From the IMG/VR virus record IMGVR_UViG_3300045988_120991, positions 96,001 to 160,000 of that record: a stretch of DNA of 64,000 bases, one strand, 5' to 3'. The translations under genes were made by a program, and so were the position numbers. The DNA comes from a virus. Below are positions 23,447 through 29,174 of this stretch, piece by piece (within the stretch, counting starts at the first letter, position 1; each line of letters begins with the position of its first letter). The notes under the pieces are model-generated. The model worked only from the letters and a program-made list of their open reading frames with translations. It was not told the origin of the DNA and did not search any database.

Positions 23447-23579
23447 TGGTGCGGGTAGCGAGACTTGAACTCGCACGGATATTTCACCGAGGGATTTTTG
23501 GTGAGTATTGTAGGTGCTGCCCCTACCAAAGCACTGGCTATACCCAAGTCCCTTGTGTCTGCCATTCCACCATACCCGC
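23447..23579 (-). tRNA. tRNA-Leu(UAA), type II, interrupted by a 47-nt insert in the anticodon loop
   Basis: The structure is GCGGGTA-TG-GTGGAATGGCAGACAC-A-AGGGA-[CTT|47 nt|AAAA]-TCCCT-CGGTGAAATATCCGT-GCGAG-TTCAAGT-CTCGC-TACCCGC-A-CCA. The Leu-type D-loop and A73 support the Leu assignment. Confidence 0.75.
23499..23545 (-). other. 47-nt intervening sequence in tRNA-Leu(UAA)
   Basis: The sequence is GGGTATAGCCAGTGCTTTGGTAGGGGCAGCACCTACAATACTCACCA. It forms the P1 helix TGGGTAT/ATACTCA (one G:U pair), the hairpin GTAGG-GGCAGCA-CCTAC and an 11-nt tail ending CACCA. Confidence 0.65.
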
Positions 23580-23627
23580 ATATCACAGGGCAGCTTTAAG
23601 GTGATGCCCAGCACCATACTTAACTCC

Positions 23628-25181
23628 TTAAGAGTTCTTCAATGCGGCTTCCACCGCATCATATCTATCACTCATAAGCGTCTCAACGAGGCACTCATAA
23701 GGATTGGTCTTACCACTCATAACCATCTTGCAGACATTAGTGGAGAATCCACTAACAAGAGCAACACCAAGGTCATTCTCCTTTATAGGAATAGTTCCAG
23801 TGCGAGAATTTACATTCCAGAAGACTAGTCTAGGCATCTGATACCCAGCATCCTCGAAACGCTTCTTGATTACCTTAAAAAGTTTTGCATTAGGTCTATT
23901 AAGACCATATCTAGCGGAACCGTCACAAGTTGCACAAGAGTCAAACTCCATATCTGAAATAATCAGTACGTTCTTAGGCATATCCTCTTGCTTCATATGA
24001 CCATTCACCGCAGTAGTAAGAATCAAATCAAACACCTTTTCAATGTTTGTATTTGAACACTCGTCATGACCATATGCAACACGTAACTTATCTCTCAGAG
24101 AATCGCACTGACTAAAATCAACCAACTGAGGTCTGCTAGAGAAAGTAATGTATTTATCCTTAAAGTCTCCAGAAGAATGTTCTGCAAAGTAAATCGCAAG
24201 TGCATTTGCAACTTCAAGTGCAGTAACACGGCTACTTCCACCAACGTTGCAACACATAGAACCAGAGCCATCTGCAACTACAATGGTGTTTCCACATTCA
24301 TTTACTGTGTTAGGCAAAGCTTTCCAAAGAGATTCAAGAGTTGCATCGTATTTGCCGATACCGCCGTACCATCCAGTTGCACTAGAATACTTATGCACAA
24401 TGTCGTGAGGGAACAAAGTTCCAGCATTAATCTTAGTTTCGCCCTTTTCAAGCTTACTCAGATACTCTCTGCGACGCTCCTCATCATTACGAAGGAAAGC
24501 TCCGTTATAAATGAGATTTGCACGAGAAGGAACTGTTTCGTACTTAATGTCTCCCCATTTCTTTGCAGACATCTTGCCCTCTACAATATCAATGTAAGAA
24601 CGCAGAGAAGAAAGTGTCTTACGATACTCACGCTCAGTCATACCAAGATTCTTGCAAATGTATCTTGCATCCATCTTAGTTTTTGCAGAAGAAGCATTCA
24701 CAGAAGGAAGCCACTTGGCAAGAAGAGATACGGGCTTATTATCAGCCATATTTGCAATATCATCAGTGAGCTGCTTTTTGATGATGTCAAAAATAATACC
24801 ATCTACGTCTGTACCAAACAGACACCACAGGTCATCATAACGACCATACTCACTCACCAGAGGAGCAAGATGCTTAACAATATCAACGTCATCCTTTGCC
24901 ATATTCTTAATAATCGCTCTGAACAAACGTCTTTCACCAAGACCACCACGAACATCTCTGGCGAAGAACAGCCAACGTAGAGCCATCATTTTATCTTCAA
25001 AATAAGCCTTAGTAAACTTATTATAGATATTCTCCTCACTCATACCACGCATAGAAGAAACTGCAAAGTTTAGGTCAACCAGTTCCTTACCAGAGGTACG
25101 ATACCCAAGAGCGCCATTCTCAGTTACTGAATAGTTGAAATCCTCGTTCAGAGTATTCTTTACTGCATTCATAAAAGACAT
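23628..25181 (-). CDS. DUF2828-like protein: helical N-domain plus C-terminal vWA domain with MIDAS motif (Ro60/TROVE-like architecture)
   Basis: I trimmed the track ORF to ATG 25181 (TGGAGGAAAGAAA upstream). The N-terminus reads NYSVTENGALGYRTSGKELVDLNF...RDVRGGLGER. The vWA MIDAS motif is VVADGSGSM. Confidence 0.6.
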   Translation of the reverse strand: MSFMNAVKNTLNEDFNYSVTENGALGYRTSGKELVDLNFAVSSMRGMSEENIYNKFTKAYFEDKMMALRWLFFARDVRGGLGERRLFRAIIKNMAKDDVDIVKHLAPLVSEYGRYDDLWCLFGTDVDGIIFDIIKKQLTDDIANMADNKPVSLLAKWLPSVNASSAKTKMDARYICKNLGMTEREYRKTLSSLRSYIDIVEGKMSAKKWGDIKYETVPSRANLIYNGAFLRNDEERRREYLSKLEKGETKINAGTLFPHDIVHKYSSATGWYGGIGKYDATLESLWKALPNTVNECGNTIVVADGSGSMCCNVGGSSRVTALEVANALAIYFAEHSSGDFKDKYITFSSRPQLVDFSQCDSLRDKLRVAYGHDECSNTNIEKVFDLILTTAVNGHMKQEDMPKNVLIISDMEFDSCATCDGSARYGLNRPNAKLFKVIKKRFEDAGYQMPRLVFWNVNSRTGTIPIKENDLGVALVSGFSTNVCKMVMSGKTNPYECLVETLMSDRYDAVEAALKNS

Positions 25182-25219
25182 TTTCTTTCCTCCATTTTTT
25201 TGATTTATTTCTAAATCCC

Positions 25220-25420
25220 AAGACACATTATTATGTACAATCTCCACATTAAAAATTTGCTGTTAGTGTCTTTGGAGTTTATTCAACGAGACGCCAAAAT
25301 AAAACCATTAGTAAAAATATCATTTTCATCTTTTTAAATTGCTGTAAGCGTCTCTATGTAAGGCAAGGCACCATCAATATAAATCCATATCATATTATGT
25401 AAAGTTGCTGTTAGTGCCTT
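25220..25420 (-). ncRNA. three tandem hairpin units in the 5' leader of the DUF2828-like gene
   Basis: There are three perfect 7-bp stems: AAGGCAC/GTGCCTT (25365..25420), GAGACGC/GCGTCTC (25288..25354) and AAGACAC/GTGTCTT (25220..25272). Each loop opens with T[AT]ACAGCAA-N-TTT. Confidence 0.55.
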
Positions 25421-25426
25421 TTTAAA

Positions 25427-25544
25427 GTCTCCTGACAGGACTTGAACCTGCGACCTCTGGTTTAACAGACCAATTAGAAACTTGCTGTTTAAGGCTTTTA
25501 CAAGTCTCGTTATTAAGCGCTCTATCCGACTGAGCTACAGGAGA
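25427..25544 (-). tRNA. tRNA-Asn(GUU)-like element with a 44-nt insertion between the D-arm and anticodon stem; no encoded CCA
   Basis: The structure is TCTCCTG-TA-GCTC-AGTCGGATA-GAGC-G-[44 nt, 25474..25517]-TTGGT-CTGTTAA-ACCAG-AGGTC-GCAGG-TTCAAGT-CCTGT-CAGGAGA-C. Confidence 0.55.
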
Positions 25545-25582
25545 CATATTTATGAGCAGTTTAACGAGGTGCTCGGCTCACT

Positions 25583-25628
25583 TTAATTTTGTACTGTGAT
25601 TATACCACAGATTACTTATTTTGTCAAG
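25583..25628 (-). promoter_or_regulatory. sigma-70-type promoter with conserved box; likely promoter of the tRNA / DUF2828 operon
   Basis: The minus strand reads CTTGACAAAATAAGTAATCTGTGGTATAATCACAGTACAAAATTAAAGTGAGCC. Confidence 0.75.
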
Positions 25629-25741
25629 TACTTTTTTACTTTTTATTCCAGAGAAGCCATCCACAAGCAACTCCGAACAAGAAACATACAATTTCCTTCA
25701 TCTTTACTTCTTCCTTATTATACCATATTCGGCATCATTTG

Positions 25742-26092
25742 TCAAGCATTTTCTCGATTTTTTCTTGTGCAATTTACTCGATTGCAGAACTCAAACATTG
25801 CTGCATTAAGATCCTCTGCAAACTCATCACACTTGGTATCCAGTGCTGCATAGTACCGATCCAGAAGCTTCGCCTTTGCCATCTTCATACCAATAGCAGG
25901 ATCATACTCATCATCAGGATGACACACGACAACCGCACGATAAGAACTACTCATCAGGTACTTACTAGGATCGAAGCACAGAGATTTGGTCTGTCCCATA
26001 ATCTTTGCAATCTTATGGATAGCATCATACTTCGTGTTCTCAAGAACCGCAATGGTCTTGTTCTGCTCCGGCACATGTACAAACTTAATCAT
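25742..26092 (-). CDS. hypothetical protein (116 aa)
   Basis: ATG 26092 follows AAGAAAGGATAACAAAA. A CHPDDEYDPAIGMKMAKAK motif is present, but I do not know its function. Confidence 0.55.
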   Translation of the reverse strand: MIKFVHVPEQNKTIAVLENTKYDAIHKIAKIMGQTKSLCFDPSKYLMSSSYRAVVVCHPDDEYDPAIGMKMAKAKLLDRYYAALDTKCDEFAEDLNAAMFEFCNRVNCTRKNRENA

Positions 26093-26112
26093 TTTTGTTA
26101 TCCTTTCTTGTT

Positions 26113-26158
26113 TTAATTTTGTATTGTGATTATAACATGCTTTCTTGAACTTGTCAAG
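26113..26158 (-). promoter_or_regulatory. sigma-70-type promoter with conserved downstream box
   Basis: The minus strand reads CTTGACAAGTTCAAGAAAGCATGTTATAATCACAATACAAAATTAAAACAAGAAAGGA. Confidence 0.75.
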
Positions 26159-26205
26159 CCCTTTTTAACCATCCCGGTAAAGGTTCTTGCCTCATTCATT
26201 GTTTG

Positions 26206-26236
26206 TATTATAGCGCATTAATTTTGTTTTGTCAAG
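26206..26236 (-). promoter_or_regulatory. second, tandem promoter with the box inside the spacer
   Basis: The minus strand reads CTTGACAAAACAAAATTAATGCGCTATAATACAAAC (TTGACA, 17-nt spacer, TATAAT). Confidence 0.6.
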
Positions 26237-27380
26237 TATCTTTTTTAAATAATTTTCTAGTTTCTTCATAAGACAGGTACTTAATATTAATGCCCGTCAA
26301 ATTCAGCAGTTTTTCATTTTTAAACTCGTTAACATGAGTTACTGCAAGAGATACCTCATAGGCAATATCCCCAATGTCTTCCTTAATTCTTTGCATAAGC
26401 TCACCAACATCAAGATGCCCATACCGAATGGACCCCTGATACTGGTTTGTAATATTGGTCTTGTCATCAATGTTAATGTTAATCTCCGACTTATCACATT
26501 CACATTCAAAGTCACCAGCACCATGCTTCGTCATATATGTTCTAGTAACATAGCACACTTCAACGTTTGCATTAGGTAAATACTTTTCAATGATTATATG
26601 AGGATTTGCAATGCCAGTATTGCTAGGAGTCGTATTATCATAATACTGAACATGACGCTGATCCAACAGCAATCCTTGCCCATTTTCAAATACGACATTA
26701 TCAAACTTTTGCAAAATCCTACTATAATCAAATACTACATGAGAATGCATAAACTGCGCATCGTCAATAAAGTTATAAATCAAATTGTCGGATGCCAAAA
26801 TATCTTCCCATTCCTGCAAAACTTCAGGACTAGCCTTTAGCAGCCTCTTAGACGTATATTCATCCCTGACACGCTTAAGAAATGCGACCTGCTCGTCCTT
26901 AGTCATATTATAGAACTGCTGGAAAGACGGGCTTGTAGTATTCCTATATCTAAGAACAGTTTCCCAAATACCCATACCACAAGAGCCATACCGATTTTTG
27001 CCACGACTATCCTCAAGGATTTGATTTGTAATCATATCATATGGAGTAGACCATCTGCAATTCCAATGACTATAAACACGAGGTGCATAGCCTAATGCCT
27101 TCAATTCCTCGTACTCTTTTCTAAAAGTCATAGGGTTTAGAATATACTCTTCCCCAAAATAAGTATCTGCTCCCGCAAAGGTTCCTGAACCAAAATGGTG
27201 GAACACATGTCTAATGCCATCTGGAGTAACTACAGTATGTCCTCTTTGTGCGCCGCCATTGCATAGAGCAACGATACAAGATTCATTCCGCTTACTTGCT
27301 TCGGCACAAAAGTAATCGGTCATCAGACCTTTTCCCTCGTCGCCAAAGTTGCTACCAATTACTACCTTAACATTAGACAT
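26232..27380 (-). CDS. adenylosuccinate synthetase family protein, divergent (PurA-like; PurZ candidate)
   Basis: I trimmed the track ORF to ATG 27380 (AAAGGATAAACAC upstream). It has the P-loop GSNFGDEGKG, then NGGAQRGHTVV (compare PurA GGHNAGHT), and the equivalent of the GTTGRGIG block reads YGSCGMGIWET. Confidence 0.75.
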   Translation of the reverse strand: MSNVKVVIGSNFGDEGKGLMTDYFCAEASKRNESCIVALCNGGAQRGHTVVTPDGIRHVFHHFGSGTFAGADTYFGEEYILNPMTFRKEYEELKALGYAPRVYSHWNCRWSTPYDMITNQILEDSRGKNRYGSCGMGIWETVLRYRNTTSPSFQQFYNMTKDEQVAFLKRVRDEYTSKRLLKASPEVLQEWEDILASDNLIYNFIDDAQFMHSHVVFDYSRILQKFDNVVFENGQGLLLDQRHVQYYDNTTPSNTGIANPHIIIEKYLPNANVEVCYVTRTYMTKHGAGDFECECDKSEININIDDKTNITNQYQGSIRYGHLDVGELMQRIKEDIGDIAYEVSLAVTHVNEFKNEKLLNLTGINIKYLSYEETRKLFKKDT

Positions 27381-27394
27381 GTGTTTATCCTTTC

Positions 27395-28249
27395 TTACCA
27401 AGAAATACCTTCACTAGATGTTGCTACATTGCCACCAGAAAACGCATTGGTGACAATATCAATGATGTCATCTGCAATCTTATCAATAGACGTATCCTTC
27501 AGATGGTTCTCGTCCAGAAGCAGCCCAAAAGTCCTATGAACGGCCTCATGATAACGACCATAACCATGCTTAACATACAGATGATAAATGTCAAACTTCT
27601 CAGACGCATTAGCGTAAAGCTGTGCCGTTTCAACATCGCTCTGTAGATTATCACCAGTTACTGCGGATAGAGCCTTCTTCGGCAGATATGGATTCATAGG
27701 CTCGTCACCCATAGTGATAATGACACCCTTCTGTCCACGATTCCAGCAATCTAGCTTCGTGTGATTAAGACCGAAATACCATGCGGCGCTATAAGACTCA
27801 TAATCATTGCCTCCACCACCGCCCTCAAAATAAATCTTATCAAGCTGTTCTGCGATGCGGATATCAGACTCAAACTGTGATGCCTGAATAGGAGCGCAAT
27901 CGTAAGCAAGATCCCCAATGCCCATAACCATGAACTCTACGTCTGCGATATTCTCGTATAGCTTAGTCATTACTACATTGATCTGCTTTGCAACTTCCAT
28001 AGCCGCCTTGCCCATGCTACCAGTTACATCGAGTGCCAGAATAACAGGCTTGGTATTAGGATGTTCCACAGAGTCAACACACTCACGCATTACATTCTTA
28101 GGATTAAGGTCTGCTACTAGCATTTTAGATTTAAAATTGTCCTGCACATTAGAGGACATTCCAGTGACTACACCATCCATTGATACGCTGTACCCCTTGG
28201 TAGTCGCATAAGTGGTAAAAGCATTTTTAGTCCAACTGCCACCGCCCAT
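27395..28249 (-). CDS. vWA-domain protein
   Basis: It has the MIDAS motif LALDVTGSMG and an alpha/beta pattern typical of vWA domains. Confidence 0.7.
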   Translation of the reverse strand: MGGGSWTKNAFTTYATTKGYSVSMDGVVTGMSSNVQDNFKSKMLVADLNPKNVMRECVDSVEHPNTKPVILALDVTGSMGKAAMEVAKQINVVMTKLYENIADVEFMVMGIGDLAYDCAPIQASQFESDIRIAEQLDKIYFEGGGGGNDYESYSAAWYFGLNHTKLDCWNRGQKGVIITMGDEPMNPYLPKKALSAVTGDNLQSDVETAQLYANASEKFDIYHLYVKHGYGRYHEAVHRTFGLLLDENHLKDTSIDKIADDIIDIVTNAFSGGNVATSSEGISW

Positions 28250-28251
28250 TT

Positions 28252-28827
28252 TTACTCAGCCTCACTTTCATCATCAATATCAAAATCAAACATGCCACTA
28301 AACATGTCGGATACATTGTTACCGTTCATAAGCATCATCATAGGAAGCATAGAACCCATACCATTGCTGGAAGTATTGCTACCCTTCATCATCTCGGACA
28401 TTACCATATAAGACATCATCTTATCCATACCCTTCTTGCCCTTCATAAAGTTGTTGCCGAACATGGAAACAATCTTGCCGTAGAAATAGGTATTGCCCAT
28501 AAAGACATGACGCTCAGGAAGAATGGTTTCTACAGTAGAATCCTCGTAGTTAATTACCGTGATGGTATCCTTGTCAGACTTAACAACACACTTGGGCTTA
28601 CCAGATACCAGAATGATGTCTCCAACCTCAACCTTGTTTGTAGGAATAACGAAGAAGAACTCCTCACCAATGTCGAAGACGAAGCTATCACAGTTCGTTA
28701 GACGACCATTCTTCACATTGTAGCTCTTATAGCCGGTAGTCGTCTTAACTGCAATGCCACCACTCATAGAAAGTCTGCACATACCAGGGGCAATCTTGCC
28801 GAACATACCATTGAATACATTTGTCAT
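28252..28827 (-). CDS. hypothetical protein with Met-rich, acidic C-terminal tail
   Basis: ATG 28827 follows AAAAAGGAGAAGTGTT. The C-terminus reads MMSYMVMSEMMKGSN...MLPMMMLMNGNN...DFDIDDESEAE. Confidence 0.6.
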   Translation of the reverse strand: MTNVFNGMFGKIAPGMCRLSMSGGIAVKTTTGYKSYNVKNGRLTNCDSFVFDIGEEFFFVIPTNKVEVGDIILVSGKPKCVVKSDKDTITVINYEDSTVETILPERHVFMGNTYFYGKIVSMFGNNFMKGKKGMDKMMSYMVMSEMMKGSNTSSNGMGSMLPMMMLMNGNNVSDMFSGMFDFDIDDESEAE

Positions 28828-28848
28828 AACACTTCTCCTTTTTGAACT

Positions 28849-28909
28849 TTAATTTTGTATTGTGTTTTTTGATAATTGAATAATACCACGCCATTTTCGT
28901 TTTGTCAAG
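28849..28909 (-). promoter_or_regulatory. sigma-70-type promoter; the conserved box lies about 20 nt downstream of the -10
   Basis: The minus strand reads CTTGACAAAACGAAAATGGCGTGGTATTATTCAATTATCAAAAAACACAATACAAAATTAAAGTTCAAAAAGGAG. Confidence 0.7.
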
Positions 28910-28970
28910 AGGTAATTCGGTGGCAGTATGCGTAAGTTTTTGACTGAATTACCTCTCAACTGTATTTTGG

Positions 28971-29000
28971 ATTATAGCACTATATATTTCATTTGTCAAG
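28971..29000 (-). promoter_or_regulatory. sigma-70-type promoter without the box
   Basis: The minus strand reads CTTGACAAATGAAATATATAGTGCTATAATCC. Confidence 0.65.
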
Positions 29001-29165
29001 TGCTTTTTCATATTTTTCGCAATCTAATTGTAGTCTTGCCTGAGAGTATATATCTTTGTTGTTGCTTATATGCCTCTGACAATTGATGTGAGTGCAGTCT
29101 TTGCCATCACATACGGTAAAGCACATAGGATTTGTGTGCTCATCATATTCAATAAAATAATTCAT
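28989..29165 (-). CDS. small Cys-rich protein (58 aa), not in track
   Basis: ATG 29165 follows AAGGTGATATT. The translation is MNYFIEYDEHTNPMCFTVCDGKDCTHINCQRH... Confidence 0.5.
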   Translation of the reverse strand: MNYFIEYDEHTNPMCFTVCDGKDCTHINCQRHISNNKDIYSQARLQLDCEKYEKALDK

Positions 29166-29174
29166 AATATCACC

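Noticed and set aside
21061-23545. The tRNA inserts might be group I introns or archaeal/eukaryal-type bulge-helix-bulge introns.
   Set aside because: At 47-73 nt they are far below group I size, and I could not find a P3-P9 core or a U:G pair at the 5' junction (the paired partner of the exon U is A). The junction geometry does not form two 3-nt bulges separated by 4 bp, and the positions are 34/35 or 35/36 rather than 37/38.
21021-23579. Alternative splice registers for the three interrupted tRNAs. One nt to the right gives Glu-UUC, Arg-UCU and Ser-UGA. One nt to the left gives UAG, AAU and AAA anticodons. Canonical 37/38 splicing of 22587..22736 gives a UCA opal-suppressor reading.
   Set aside because: - The right-shifted set duplicates three intact tRNAs already present, and it conflicts with the bodies (Leu-type D-loop and A73 versus Ser; Gln-type body versus Glu).
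- The left-shifted set puts Leu or Phe anticodons on incompatible bodies.
- The UCA reading puts a pyrimidine at position 37.
20013-23828. Track ORFs inside the tRNA array: 20013..20198, 20417..20602, 22183..22461, 22992..23189, 23008..23217, 23389..23586, 23426..23617 and 23514..23828.
   Set aside because: They overlap well-formed tRNA genes or structured spacers, have no SD, and use alternative starts. I treat them as spurious.
24177-24980. Long plus-strand ORFs in the track. Examples are 24177..24980 (267 aa), 54899..55513, 63215..63814, 62078..62650, 51859..52437, 60007..60552, 12631..13170 and 25589..26116.
   Set aside because: All lie antisense to minus-strand genes that have recognisable motifs or strong SD sites. 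Their products are low-complexity (Ile/Phe/Ser/Leu-rich) and I found no SD sites in front of them. I treat them as shadow ORFs of an AT-rich, single-strand-coded genome.
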